A DNA stretch of 64,000 nt from Nitrospirota bacterium (lineage in GTDB: Bacteria; Nitrospirota; UBA9217): the NCBI GenBank assembly GCA_963751455.1, contig CAVVUN010000008.1:1-64000 (forward strand), given 5' to 3'. The notes under the pieces were generated by a model. It ran no database searches. It was not told where the DNA came from and was given only the letters and a program-made list of their open reading frames with translations. How positions within the stretch are numbered: the first letter of the stretch is position 1; every line of letters begins with the position of its first letter. Below, one piece after another: positions 32,421 through 43,039 of the stretch. Position numbers and translations under genes: made by a program.

Positions 32421-34007
32421 CTATTTGCGATAATGCAATTCGCATCGCACGGGCACGCTTCCGGCCAACTCCCTGGCAGCTTGCTCGATCTCCTTATGTT
32501 CCTTCGGAGAATGAGTCACACCCCTGAGTACTATGTCAGATCCGTCATAATAGACGTCCAGAACCGGCATGAAAAAATGCTGGTTCGTCGAGATGCCCGC
32601 TTTGACTTTTGCCGCAACCGCGCGCATGGTGACCAGCTTGCGCGATTCATCCGTGGCAAGGCGTTCTCGATCGCGGAGTGCACCATATACTGTGCTTATG
32701 ATCTTATCAAGCGACTCTTTACCGGCATCGAAAACCGCGTCATATCCGGCAGGGTCATCCCAGTGTTTGCCATAAACAGTCTGGAGAAAGCATGCGCGCT
32801 CGCTGTCTGTTTTTTCGCAGAGCCAGCGGGCCGTATCCCGGTCAACCCCGTCCCGCTTTACGACCCTGTCTATTCTCGCCTCCGGTGGAGCCTGAACCCG
32901 GATTCTGAATGCATGAGGAACGCCCTGAAGCAGAAAATTACCGCCGCGGCCCATGATAACCATGCCTCCCTTTGCCGCATACTCCAGAATATGCGCCTGC
33001 AGAAGAGCCGCAAATCCGCGGTATGACCAGTCATACTTCTCCCAGACGGTCGGACAATGCTCGTCGAGGTTTTTGGCCCATTCCTCCCACTTCGACCCAT
33101 CCCTCCTTATGTCCGCAAGGATCACAGCCCGGTCAACGTAAACACAGCCGAGGTCTTTTGCAATTGCCTGGCCTATCTCTCGGCCCCCGCTTCCGAACTC
33201 TCGCGAGATGGTCAGGATTGCGCCCGGATTTCCTGCAGCACGTTCATGAAGATGCTCAATAGCAACTTCCGGCTTCTTTTCAGCTTTCACACTCCACCTC
33301 ATCCACAGTTTGCCTGCCACGATCACGCCTGCCGCGAACAAAATTTCAACGGAATATTGGATCGCCTTAACCGGCGCAGTCATGTCCGCGTTGACCAGCG
33401 ACGCGGGAAGAAAACGTATGGCAAAGGGATCGGTGATCATCATCTCGCCGCCCACTTTTCCCAGGATTGCCGCTCCGATGTAAATAATAATGGGGTACTT
33501 GTCCATGAGCATGGACAGAAGATTGCTGGTGAATACAATGAACGGGATGCTCAAGCCCAGACCGAAGAGAAGAAGGAACATGTTGCCGTGAGACGCGCCT
33601 CCGACCGCAAGCATGTTGTCAAGCGACATGGTGATGTCGGCAATCACGATGACTTTGATCGCCTGCCATATTGTGGTCGCGCGCCGCTCGTGCTCGTCCT
33701 CGGGCACACCTTCGATGAATAACTTCAGGGCGATCCAGAGGATCAACACGCCGCCAACCATCTTGACGTAGCTGATATTCAGAAGCTGGGCCACGAAAAA
33801 AGTCAGGGCCACACGAAGCAGCACCGCTGCGCCGGCTCCGAAGAGTATGCCTTTTCTACGCTGTTCCTGCGGCAGCGAACGTACGGCCATCGCGATGACA
33901 ACTGCGTTGTCGCCTGCAAGAATCAAGTCTATGATTACGATGCTGAAAAGACTTGACAGAAACGCCAGGTCGAAGCTGATGCTTCCGAAAAAACCGAGAT
34001 CGAGCAT
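32421..34007 (-). CDS. TerC/YjbE membrane protein fused to cytidylate-kinase-like and BON-like domains
   Basis: DLILAGDNAVVIA, IADITMSLDNMLAV; then ILTISREFGSGGREIG and VIMGRGG; C-terminal IVLRGV...EQAARELAG..PV. Confidence 0.85.
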   Translation of the reverse strand: MLDLGFFGSISFDLAFLSSLFSIVIIDLILAGDNAVVIAMAVRSLPQEQRRKGILFGAGAAVLLRVALTFFVAQLLNISYVKMVGGVLILWIALKLFIEGVPEDEHERRATTIWQAIKVIVIADITMSLDNMLAVGGASHGNMFLLLFGLGLSIPFIVFTSNLLSMLMDKYPIIIYIGAAILGKVGGEMMITDPFAIRFLPASLVNADMTAPVKAIQYSVEILFAAGVIVAGKLWMRWSVKAEKKPEVAIEHLHERAAGNPGAILTISREFGSGGREIGQAIAKDLGCVYVDRAVILADIRRDGSKWEEWAKNLDEHCPTVWEKYDWSYRGFAALLQAHILEYAAKGGMVIMGRGGNFLLQGVPHAFRIRVQAPPEARIDRVVKRDGVDRDTARWLCEKTDSERACFLQTVYGKHWDDPAGYDAVFDAGKESLDKIISTVYGALRDRERLATDESRKLVTMRAVAAKVKAGISTNQHFFMPVLDVYYDGSDIVLRGVTHSPKEHKEIEQAARELAGSVPVRCELHYRK

Positions 34008-34033
34008 TTTTTCTTCGTCTTCCTTTGGTCAAT

Positions 34034-34065
34034 AAAAGAGGTGGGGAGCCGTGAGACTCCCCACC
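34034..34065 (-). terminator. Hairpin/terminator between the YeiH-family gene and the TerC fusion
   Basis: GGTGGGGAG/CTCCCCACC stem followed by CTTTT on the minus strand. Confidence 0.65.
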
Positions 34066-34093
34066 GTCGTTTTTTACTACCGTTACTCTTTGC

Positions 34094-35638
34094 TTAGATC
34101 TTCGGCACCGCGAACAGAATGCCTCCGAAGAAGAGCCACGCCAGAAGCAAAGTCCAGATTATGTTAAAGCCCTGGCCGATCAAAAATGCGAAAGCCGGCC
34201 TCCCCCCTTCCATTTTGGCAAGATCGCCGAAATTCGTTTCCAGCCCGATGCACGTAAACGCCAGGGCGAACCACCAGGTCCGGAGACCTCCGAGCGCGCC
34301 CTTCGTGGCCGAAACCGTTTCCGGACTCACGATAAAGGAGAATAGCACGGAAGCGATGATAAAGCCAAGCACGAACTTCGGGAACCGGTCCCAGATCTCC
34401 ATGACGCTCGGCGCCTTCTGGCTGCCGCTGGTCTTGATCGCCTTGAGCGTCCAGATCACGGACAGGGCGAATGCCGCGACGCCGATCAGTACGTTCTGGG
34501 ACATCTTCACGATCACGCCGGTCTTCATGGCGGTTTCGCTGATGAGCGCTCCGGCTGCAACCACGGAGCCGCTGGTATCAAGCGTGCCGCCGAGCCACGC
34601 GCCCGCAACGATATCGCTCATGCCGAACCACTTCGCGATAATGGGCTGCAGGATCATCATCGGGATCGCGCAGATCAGCACGATCGATGTGACATAGCTG
34701 ATCTTCTTTCCGTCTGCCTTGATCGCGCCGCCGGTGGCGATGGCCGCCGATACTCCGCAGATCGAGACCGCGCTCGAAAGCACCGCGGCAAAATCATCGT
34801 CGACCTTCATCTTCTTGGCGATCCAGTAGGTGAAATACCAGACCACGAGCACCACCAGCACGGCTTGGCCGAGGCCGTAAAAACCGACCTGCATGATCTC
34901 TCCGATCATGATGCCGGACCCGAGGATTACCAGGCCAGCCTTGATGTAAAACTCGGTTCGAACAGCCGGCTTGAGCCATTCAGGCAGGCCGATCACGTTG
35001 CTGATGAACAGGCCGATGAAGAGACACCAAAGAACGTATTCGATGCCGAGCGTGGAATTGATCGTATAATTTCCCGCAATCAGCTGACCGAGCCAGGCGA
35101 TGACAAAAACAGCAGGGAAGCCGATCGCAATCTTGACCGCCTTCTCCCCCATCAGTCCGAGAGCCCCGAGGCTCAAAAGTAAAAAAATAATCGCGATGAC
35201 AATGGCGGACCCGATATTATCGCCCGCGAAGACCTTCGGCAAAAGGGCTCCTGCCTGGCCCTTGATGTCCTTGCCGAACTTGCCGGCCTTCTTCTTGATG
35301 CCCTCGTCCTGGGCGCCTTTTGCAGTCTCCTCCAGCTTCTTTGCGGCATCTCCAACGGCCTTCCGGTCGCCGGTTGCTATTGCGGCAGAAAGCGCTGCGG
35401 CATCTGCCTGGACTGCTGCTTCCTTTTTCTCTCCCGCGGACGCGGCTAGTTTCTCAACTGCCGGCGCCTGCTCGGCGATGAAGGATGCAAACTCGCCGTC
35501 GGTCGTCCACTTGAACTTCGGCATGGAAATGGTGAGACCGGCAACAATAGCCACAATGATAATGAACCCGACCCATACGGCAAGCCAGTCTTCGGTTTTC
35601 CACAGCAGTGCAAGGCCTTTCGGTTTATTTTCAGACAT
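34094..35638 (-). CDS. YeiH / putative sulfate exporter (PSE) family membrane protein
   Basis: EDWLAVW, RTEFYIKAGLVILG, SICGVSAAIA, AGAWLGGTLD, RFPKFVLGF, LAFTCIGLET. Confidence 0.9.
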   Translation of the reverse strand: MSENKPKGLALLWKTEDWLAVWVGFIIIVAIVAGLTISMPKFKWTTDGEFASFIAEQAPAVEKLAASAGEKKEAAVQADAAALSAAIATGDRKAVGDAAKKLEETAKGAQDEGIKKKAGKFGKDIKGQAGALLPKVFAGDNIGSAIVIAIIFLLLSLGALGLMGEKAVKIAIGFPAVFVIAWLGQLIAGNYTINSTLGIEYVLWCLFIGLFISNVIGLPEWLKPAVRTEFYIKAGLVILGSGIMIGEIMQVGFYGLGQAVLVVLVVWYFTYWIAKKMKVDDDFAAVLSSAVSICGVSAAIATGGAIKADGKKISYVTSIVLICAIPMMILQPIIAKWFGMSDIVAGAWLGGTLDTSGSVVAAGALISETAMKTGVIVKMSQNVLIGVAAFALSVIWTLKAIKTSGSQKAPSVMEIWDRFPKFVLGFIIASVLFSFIVSPETVSATKGALGGLRTWWFALAFTCIGLETNFGDLAKMEGGRPAFAFLIGQGFNIIWTLLLAWLFFGGILFAVPKI

Positions 35639-36171
35639 GCTAATATCCCCCTTTCGTTACTATCCGATACTAGAATACCCTTAAAACAAATTACTGAGGC
35701 TTTGATTTAGTGTTATGGAATATCGATCACCCCCTTTTAAGAAGTATTTCTTTATATTAGGATGACGAATGAGACGAAAACTGACGAGTACAAATTAGAG
35801 CTCGCACGAACGGCAAACTGGATTTAAAAATCTATTATTAAAGTATTACAGATTATTACGTAATTATTCCCCTCCCAAGCCTGTTTTGTCAAGGTGTTTT
35901 TGCGACTTTTTGTTTAAAAAAGTTTATTCGCTGTATCGTAATTTCATCACCACTAATTTTGTCACTGCCTTTAATTAATGTGAAGTCGCAGTTTTTAAGA
36001 ACGTCGAGGAAATGATGGTTTATTTATAAGAAAAGCAATTGCACCGGAGAATAATTTGTTCTTTACTCAAAGGACTCATTTTAGTAATATAGTGGCAATT
36101 TTCAAAAACGACTTTGGAGGCATGTCTTCTCTCCCCGATTCCGCTGCGGGGCATCCGACATTCGCAAAAAA

Positions 36172-37473
36172 ATGAGAAATAATATCGTTTCATTGGGCGC
36201 AGACGAACTGAAATACGAAATTCGGGAGATCGTAGCTGTTGCCAAGGAATTCGGCAAGCTTGGCCTCGAAATCATGTGGGAGAACATCGGGGACCCGGTC
36301 CAGAAGGGAGAAAAGATCCCGGACTGGATCAAGGAAATAGTCATCGCTGCCAACCGTGAGGACAGCTCCTACGCCTATTCACCGACCAAGGGACTTGAAG
36401 CAACACGCGAATTTCTGGCTCAGCTGGCGAACAGCAACGGCAAGGTAAGAATCACAAAAGAGGACATCATATTCTTCAATGGCCTCGGCGACGCAATCAG
36501 CAAGATCTACGGCCAGCTCAAAAAGGAATACCGCGTGATCGGACCCAGCCCTGCCTACAGTACGCATTCCTCGGCGGAAGCATCGCATGCGGGGGCCGAA
36601 TATATCTCGTATAACCTCGAGCCGCATCATCTCTGGTACCCCGATCTGAACGATCTGCGGATGAAAGTGAAGTACAATCCGGCGATCTCGGGCATCCTCG
36701 TCATAAACCCGGACAACCCGACGGGCGCCGTCTACCCGAAAGAAGTGCTCCAGGAAATCGTGGCTATAGCGCGCGAATACGACCTGTTCATCGTATGCGA
36801 TGAAATCTATATCAATATGGCATATAACGGAAAGCAAGCGGTTCCGCTCGCGGAAGTGATCGGCGACGTGTGCGGCATCTCGATGAAGGGCATTTCCAAG
36901 GAGCTGCCCTGGCCGGGGTCGCGCTGCGGCTGGATAGAAGTGTACAATCAGAGGAACGACCCGGTGTTCACGAAATACGTGAAGAGCATCCTCGACGACA
37001 AAATGCTCGAGGTCTGCTCCACAACCCTGCCGCAAAAGGTGATCCCCAAGATCTTCGCTGATAAGCGCTTCAAAGCGCATGTTGAACAGCGGAACAGAAA
37101 ATATGAGCGGCGCTCGAATGTCGCATACGATCTGTTGAAGGACATCAAAGGGATCGTGGTTAACAGGACGAACGGCGCGTTCTATATGACCGTGATGTTC
37201 GAGGAGGCCGTCCTCAACGGCAGCCAGTCTCTGCCGGTTAAGGATAAGGCGGTCAGAGAACAGGTCGAGAAAATCACTAATGGTGTGGCGCTCGACAAGC
37301 GGTTTGTCTATTATCTGCTTGCCACCACCGGGATCTGCGTCGTGCCGCTCACCGGGTTCAACTGCAGCTTGAAGGGCTTCAGAGTAACGCTTCTGGAAAA
37401 CGACGAAGCACGGTTTGAGCAGATATTCAAAACCATCCGCGAGAAAATCATCGAATATCTGAAAAGCGCGTAA
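36172..37473 (+). CDS. PLP-dependent class I/II aminotransferase (AlaA/AspC-like)
   Basis: LKYEIRE, NIGDP, INPDNPTGAVY, CDEIY, SKELPWPGSRCGW. Confidence 0.93.
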   Translation: MRNNIVSLGADELKYEIREIVAVAKEFGKLGLEIMWENIGDPVQKGEKIPDWIKEIVIAANREDSSYAYSPTKGLEATREFLAQLANSNGKVRITKEDIIFFNGLGDAISKIYGQLKKEYRVIGPSPAYSTHSSAEASHAGAEYISYNLEPHHLWYPDLNDLRMKVKYNPAISGILVINPDNPTGAVYPKEVLQEIVAIAREYDLFIVCDEIYINMAYNGKQAVPLAEVIGDVCGISMKGISKELPWPGSRCGWIEVYNQRNDPVFTKYVKSILDDKMLEVCSTTLPQKVIPKIFADKRFKAHVEQRNRKYERRSNVAYDLLKDIKGIVVNRTNGAFYMTVMFEEAVLNGSQSLPVKDKAVREQVEKITNGVALDKRFVYYLLATTGICVVPLTGFNCSLKGFRVTLLENDEARFEQIFKTIREKIIEYLKSA

Positions 37474-37496
37474 AGGAATGTGACATAGCAGAATGC

Positions 37497-37528
37497 AAAA
37501 AGCTGAGCCTATCAAGACTCAGCTTTTT
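37497..37528. terminator. Bidirectional terminator at the left edge of the island
   Basis: AAAAAGCTGAG/CTCAGCTTTTT perfect IR with A and T tails. Confidence 0.85.
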
Positions 37529-37547
37529 TATTAGGATTAACGCTAAC

Positions 37548-38267
37548 CTAAGCGTGTACTAACTTTCGCTCTGGAACAACCGACACAAATAGCATAATGC
37601 TAGGCCGGTCAGGACGGCCGTTCATCTTTTCAATGACGGCCGTAATCTGGCTCCTGTTATTCAACCAACGATGAAAGGCGTCTAGTAAACCTCGCCCGAT
37701 ATAGCCGATCTTCTTTCCATTGACAATGACCATGATCGCCTGCGGATCATAGAGGTTCCCGGGCTCCGGCTGGAGAGTTGCACTCATTCCAACAGCCAGT
37801 TCCATCGTCATTCCTTCATAATAACGAAAGCCTGCCACTTCTGCGAGTAGTTCGCAAGGTTCGTCCACCTGATCAAAGGGGTGAACGATGGAAAAACCAT
37901 CACTGGGCAGTTTTGCGCCAGAATAACCGAGCAGAGCAAAATCTGATATTTGCACCGAAGGCGAGATTCTCAGAGATTCAAGGTATTTGTTATAATCTGA
38001 ACGTTCGCGCGGAGGAAGGCGCAGCATGATCGTCTCTATGACACCTTCCTTATAAACACGATCAGTCTTTGGAAAGGCAGGATACCCCTCGAAACCGTTT
38101 TCCCGTGCTCTCTTGAAATCCGCGCTCTGAGTTAAATAGTGCAATTCAATGGCGTGATTCGTCTTAATAAGTTCGGCAACAATTCGGCGGGCTCGGTCAC
38201 CACCCTCGGGACCTTGCCAGACCAGATAAAGCCGTTGAGGCTCAATTATGTGTGTAATAAGATTCAT
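37548..38267 (-). CDS. HipS/HipA-N-like domain fused to a C-terminal HIRAN domain
   Basis: N-part LYLVWQ...GFEGYPAFP...RLPPRER; C-part VAGFRYY...LQPEPGNLYDPQAIMV...KIGYI is the HIRAN signature. Confidence 0.85.
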   Translation of the reverse strand: MNLITHIIEPQRLYLVWQGPEGGDRARRIVAELIKTNHAIELHYLTQSADFKRARENGFEGYPAFPKTDRVYKEGVIETIMLRLPPRERSDYNKYLESLRISPSVQISDFALLGYSGAKLPSDGFSIVHPFDQVDEPCELLAEVAGFRYYEGMTMELAVGMSATLQPEPGNLYDPQAIMVIVNGKKIGYIGRGLLDAFHRWLNNRSQITAVIEKMNGRPDRPSIMLFVSVVPERKLVHA

Positions 38268-39232
38268 GACCGCTGCTCGATTGTATCTATCAAAAACTGA
38301 CGTCGAAAACTGATGAGCTTCATGATGAATGCAGCCCTGGATTCCGATAACCGCGAAGGGACCCCGAATGAAGTCAGTCTGTCTACGAAATACTTTAGCT
38401 CATCAACATTAAAAAGTAAAGATTTTAACATTGCCTCTTTCTTTTCAGGATATCTCGCGATCAGCCGCACTAGCATATCAGAGTGACTAAGGCGGGTAGA
38501 ATCTCGCATATCCCACTTTATGTGGTGCGTACCTTTGTTAATATAATGAACAAGATACGCGGAATCATTGAACTTCGCAAAATTCTTTTCAACGATCTCG
38601 CCACCCATGGCAGTGCCATTGTCAAACGCGGGAGAAAAGGAGGCGCATCCCTTCATTACTTCTTCACCCTTCCATAAAATGCCCCAGTTATCTTGATGCC
38701 GGTCGGTGTTTCCAATCAAGGCATCAAATGTAAACATTTTACACCAAGACTCAATTCCATCCACCACTAACAAACCTCGATCCGTCATAGCTTTTGTCAG
38801 CGCCAACACTGACCTGAAATTGTGTTGAGTTCCTTTTTCTCTGTCGTAATTCTGAATCATTCTGACCATGTAATCGCCACCATCGACGTAGCGGACCGGT
38901 TGTTCCCCCGGATAACCATAGAACCACTCGATCAGTGCTCCGCTCTGATTCGTTGTGCTGTTAAAGGCCACAAACGCGGGCGGAACGGGAACATCCATCA
39001 GACCACCGATAAAGTAAGCAATAATTTCTATCCAGAATTGTTCCGGATATCGATGACTGGAATGCTTGAATAAGTAGCGATGGTCAGGGATAATAAAACC
39101 TGGGGCCCCGGTTTGTGGAGAGAACAATGCGTTCTTTGCTCGCGCTCCCTTGGGATAGGGGTCGAATTCGCTATCCGGCTGCCAAGTGCTGACGTCAATG
39201 GCTTCAGATGGTTGTTGTTTCTTGATAATCAT
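38264..39232 (-). CDS. HipA/CtkA-like Ser/Thr kinase lacking the HipA N-subdomain
   Basis: KGARAK Gly loop, YLFK, EIIA, FDALIGNTDRHQDNWG catalytic loop, SPAFDNG. Confidence 0.92.
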   Translation of the reverse strand: MIIKKQQPSEAIDVSTWQPDSEFDPYPKGARAKNALFSPQTGAPGFIIPDHRYLFKHSSHRYPEQFWIEIIAYFIGGLMDVPVPPAFVAFNSTTNQSGALIEWFYGYPGEQPVRYVDGGDYMVRMIQNYDREKGTQHNFRSVLALTKAMTDRGLLVVDGIESWCKMFTFDALIGNTDRHQDNWGILWKGEEVMKGCASFSPAFDNGTAMGGEIVEKNFAKFNDSAYLVHYINKGTHHIKWDMRDSTRLSHSDMLVRLIARYPEKKEAMLKSLLFNVDELKYFVDRLTSFGVPSRLSESRAAFIMKLISFRRQFLIDTIEQRS

Positions 39233-39244
39233 GTCTGAGAAAAG

Positions 39245-40012
39245 TCAGAATCCCTCGCCCACTGGATGTATTGGATGAGCCCAAGCAGGTATCATTTTCC
39301 ATGCATCGCGCATACGGGCATGAAGCATTGCTGTTTTCGGTTCATATTGCCGGACGATCGTCCAAAACCGTTGTGTGTGACGTGGTTCGACAATATGACA
39401 CAGCTCATGATGCATCACATATCGGACCAAATCCCTGGGAATGAATAACAACTTGCTGTTAAGACTGATAACGCGGTCTTTTGAGCAACTTCCCCAGCGT
39501 GTGCGTTGGTTTTTAATGAGCAATCCTCTGAATTTCAACTTAGCTTCCGCGGAATGTGTTTGCAAGCTCAGTCGTAACGTTTCCTTGGCTCTGCGTGCAA
39601 TCCAACGTCTCAAGGCCGCATTGCAGCGTTCAGCATCGGTAATAGCGCCAAACACCAGAACGCGGCCCGGCCGATCAGTGCGCGCGCCGACAGTCTTACC
39701 CCGAGTTTCTCGGTATTCCACTCGCCATGATTCAGCAAGGGCTGGAAGATCAAAAGCTTGTGGCGGCGTTGACTTTTTTTCTCCAAGCAGATGCCGCACT
39801 TCATCAAATTGCGCAAGACGTGCCGCAATCCAATCGCTTTTCCCAGCAACCAGTTCTGCAACACGCTTGCGATTCAGTCCCTTTGGCGCGATAACGGTCA
39901 AGCCTGTTCGCGCTGTCATCTTGAGCCGTAAAGTCCGAGACTTAGCGGAAGAGAGGATTTCATAATCGAGATGTCGTCCATTGGGCAGGGCGATCTGTGC
40001 TGTACGCCCCAT
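39245..40012 (-). CDS. M48/YgjP (DUF45, SprT-like) zinc metallohydrolase
   Basis: QRTRWGSCS, LNSKL, YVMHHELCH...HTQRFW. Confidence 0.92.
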   Translation of the reverse strand: MGRTAQIALPNGRHLDYEILSSAKSRTLRLKMTARTGLTVIAPKGLNRKRVAELVAGKSDWIAARLAQFDEVRHLLGEKKSTPPQAFDLPALAESWRVEYRETRGKTVGARTDRPGRVLVFGAITDAERCNAALRRWIARRAKETLRLSLQTHSAEAKLKFRGLLIKNQRTRWGSCSKDRVISLNSKLLFIPRDLVRYVMHHELCHIVEPRHTQRFWTIVRQYEPKTAMLHARMRDAWKMIPAWAHPIHPVGEGF

Positions 40013-40015
40013 GGT

Positions 40016-43000
40016 TTATTCCTTATCTCCTGGCTTATAATGCCTGCGCTTCAGCACCTGCAATAACGTGCTGATGAATGCCATGGCATCACCCGCAAGC
40101 AACCCGAGAATCGAAAATCGCGTAGCCAGGAGCAGCAATAAGGCCCTACTCAATTCGGGATCCACTGTACTGCTGTTCCACCAGCCAGGAAAACAGTGTT
40201 TATCCGCTTCCTCAAGAATGGCGGCTGCGACTTCGACAGCCTGCGTTTCAGTCAGCGCTATGTTCCGTCCCTTGATTTTGACTGCGAGCTGTTGAGCAAT
40301 CGGGCGCTTGACTTCCTCAACTGCCGCGCGCACGGCAACAGTCAGCGCCTCTAATTCCTGAAGCAGAGCAATGCCCGCCAGAGTGCCCGCCCGTTTCTCA
40401 TCTATAATACGCTGAAGCTTCTCTGAAAGCGTCCTGAAGTTTTCATCCTGATCCAGCCTGATACGAAGTTCAGCGGAAAGCATTGCCTCGATATCCAGCG
40501 CCTTTGCATCTGGCTTCTTATCTTTGAGCTTAGTCAGAAAATTCTCGTCTAATACATACGACGGAAACTCTTTATCCAACTCCTCCACGTCGATATGTTC
40601 ACGTATCAACTCCCGTGTGCGCGCCGCGTCTTCAGCCCTGGCTTCCATAGCCAACTCAGGGTAGAACTTCTTTCTGTAGAGTATGTACAGTTTGGTCAGC
40701 CACGCATAGTGACGCACATAGTCACGGAGAGCTTCATCCGGCTGCAAGGCCTCATACAGCACGCGCAGATTGCGATACCCGGTATCAAACTGCTTTTCGG
40801 CGCTTTCAACGTCCCGCAGGATTTTCATAGCGTTAATGTACGAATCATGCGACCCATCGCGAGGAACCGTTTCTTCCGGGAAAAGCGCCCACAGCGCATC
40901 AAACTGCTTTCGGAAGTGTTCACGGATACTCTCAAAGGGAAATGCAATATCGCCCAACTCCTCAGGCCTGTAGTTCAGCGCCTCATTCAGGTTGTCGAAG
41001 ATTCCGTAGTAGTCGAGGATCAGACCATGACCTTTCAATTCATTATATGGACGGTTCACGCGGGCGATAGTTTGCAACAGGCCATGATCACGAAGACTTT
41101 TGTCCAGATAAAGCGCTTGCAAGATAGGCGCGTCGAATCCGGTCAAAAGCATGTCACATACGACAAGCATTTCGACTTTTCGAAAGGGTTTGTCCTGGTG
41201 CTCTGGCTGGTCGGACTTCGCGGGGATCAGAAATTCGTTCAGCAGCTTCTTTCGTTGAGCCTCGCCAAGATAAAGCGTCTTTACCTCGGCCGAATCATCC
41301 TTGGGCGCTTCCGAGATCACCGCCATGACAGCCTCAGACCCGAGCCGATCTCGTAACGCCTTCGTGTAGAGTTCAACGGTATCCTTGTTTTTTGTAACCA
41401 ACATTGCTTTGAAGCCGTTGACGCGAACATGTTCATTAAAATGCTCTACCGCGTCATCGGCGATTTGATTTACACGCTTGGGCAATTTGAGCAGCACATC
41501 AAGGGTGGACGATTCGCTGATCAGTTTGTTCTGCTCTGCCACGGAAAGAGGACCGAATTCTTTCTTAAAAGCAATGTCCAGCTTAGCACCATTAAGTTGC
41601 CAATCAGTCTTACGCGGCTGCCAGTGAATGGGCTTGACCACGCCGTCGCGCAAGGCATCGGTGATCGTATAAGGCTTGCCCATATAACGCTCGATGGTAC
41701 CGTCGTCCTTTTTCTGCCCCCAGGCCAAAGGTGTATTGTGGTCGTCCTTTTCGATCGGCGTACCGGTGAAACCGAACAACGAAGCCCCTGTCACGGCTGC
41801 GCGCATATATGTGCCCAGATCGCGCTCCTGCGTCCGGTGCGCTTCGTCAGCCATGACGATAACGTTTCGGCGCTTGTTGGTGATGTTCTTCGGCATCCCC
41901 TCGAACAGGTGTACGGTGGTGAGGATCACGCCCCGGTAATCGCCCGCAAGTTTAGCCTCCAAATCGCGCTTGCTGTCCGCGACAAGCACATTTTTCGTGC
42001 CCGTTGCCATAAGCTCGCGGTCCATCTGATCGCCCAACTGCTCACGGTCTACCAACAGGATTACAGTGGGCGATTTGAGTTTCGGATCTTCCCAGAGGCT
42101 GCGGGCGGCGTAGATCATAGTCAGCGTTTTGCCGGAGCCCTGCGTGTGCCAGATCAGGCCGCGCCGCTTCTCCTGCGGCAGGGTAAGGTCAGTGGCTCGG
42201 AGCATGATGTCCTTCACTGCCTGATACTGCTGGTAACGCACCACCACCTTTTCGGTCTTGCCGTCCTTGGTGACAAAAACGATGAAGTGGCGGATGAAGT
42301 CCAGCATGTTGGCCCGGTCGAATAGTCCATAGAGCGACACCTTCATTTCATCGAACTCGTCGATTTCGTGCGGCCAGGGATCGCGCCATTGCAGCCAAAA
42401 CTGCAAGCGACGCCCCGGCACACCGTACATCATGCGGGTTTCGTTCACACCCACGCCGTAGGCGTTGGTGTAGAATAGCTGGTTGATCTCCTCGGAATAC
42501 ATACCGAGTTGTTGTGCACCTTCGCGCCAGTCCGGTTTGCTGCGGCTGGCGGTCTTTGCCTCGATCACCACTACCGGAATGCCGTTGATCAGTAGCACAA
42601 TATCCGGTCTCCGGGGCGAGTTGCCCTCCACCGGAAACTGATTCGTCACCCACCAAGCGTTGGCATCCAGATCGTCATAGTCGATCAGTCGCACGTCTTT
42701 CGTGGTTTCAGCCGGATCAAATTGATGATTGACACCTTCCTTCAGCCATTTGAGCCATTGCGCATTATCTCGGCAACCGCGTAGCTTGGTAATGATTGCG
42801 TCAACCCGCGCATCATCCGTGAGAATGTCCGGGTTAAGTGCTCTCAACTTTTCCCGCAACAACGGCAACAGCAGCACCTCGCGCTCATCCGGACGCAGCG
42901 CGGTCACCTGCTCGCGCGAACGATAGGTCCAGCCCAGCGACTTCAGTTGTAAGTGTTCGATAATTTCCCGTTCAACTGTCGTCTCTTCGTTGAACAGGCG

Positions 43001-43039
43001 CTGAACTTCCGGCACGGCTGGTGTGTTCTGCTCATTCAT
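40016..43039 (-). CDS. hsdR: Type I restriction endonuclease subunit R
   Basis: RPDIVLLINGIPVVVIEAK nuclease motif, HTQGSGKT, DEAH, FGFTGTP, DMLLTGFDAP, LQTIARVNR; ATG 43039 with AGGAG RBS overlaps the hsdS stop. Confidence 0.96.
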   Translation of the reverse strand: MNEQNTPAVPEVQRLFNEETTVEREIIEHLQLKSLGWTYRSREQVTALRPDEREVLLLPLLREKLRALNPDILTDDARVDAIITKLRGCRDNAQWLKWLKEGVNHQFDPAETTKDVRLIDYDDLDANAWWVTNQFPVEGNSPRRPDIVLLINGIPVVVIEAKTASRSKPDWREGAQQLGMYSEEINQLFYTNAYGVGVNETRMMYGVPGRRLQFWLQWRDPWPHEIDEFDEMKVSLYGLFDRANMLDFIRHFIVFVTKDGKTEKVVVRYQQYQAVKDIMLRATDLTLPQEKRRGLIWHTQGSGKTLTMIYAARSLWEDPKLKSPTVILLVDREQLGDQMDRELMATGTKNVLVADSKRDLEAKLAGDYRGVILTTVHLFEGMPKNITNKRRNVIVMADEAHRTQERDLGTYMRAAVTGASLFGFTGTPIEKDDHNTPLAWGQKKDDGTIERYMGKPYTITDALRDGVVKPIHWQPRKTDWQLNGAKLDIAFKKEFGPLSVAEQNKLISESSTLDVLLKLPKRVNQIADDAVEHFNEHVRVNGFKAMLVTKNKDTVELYTKALRDRLGSEAVMAVISEAPKDDSAEVKTLYLGEAQRKKLLNEFLIPAKSDQPEHQDKPFRKVEMLVVCDMLLTGFDAPILQALYLDKSLRDHGLLQTIARVNRPYNELKGHGLILDYYGIFDNLNEALNYRPEELGDIAFPFESIREHFRKQFDALWALFPEETVPRDGSHDSYINAMKILRDVESAEKQFDTGYRNLRVLYEALQPDEALRDYVRHYAWLTKLYILYRKKFYPELAMEARAEDAARTRELIREHIDVEELDKEFPSYVLDENFLTKLKDKKPDAKALDIEAMLSAELRIRLDQDENFRTLSEKLQRIIDEKRAGTLAGIALLQELEALTVAVRAAVEEVKRPIAQQLAVKIKGRNIALTETQAVEVAAAILEEADKHCFPGWWNSSTVDPELSRALLLLLATRFSILGLLAGDAMAFISTLLQVLKRRHYKPGDKE

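Noticed and set aside
34008-34093. yybP-ykoY Mn riboswitch ahead of the TerC gene
   Set aside because: The intergenic space is only 86 bp and is occupied by a simple hairpin; no consensus seen.
35805-35850. c-di-GMP-I riboswitch suggested by GGCAAAC
   Set aside because: The GAAA tetraloop stem and GCAAAG elements are missing, and it faces away from the nearest gene start.
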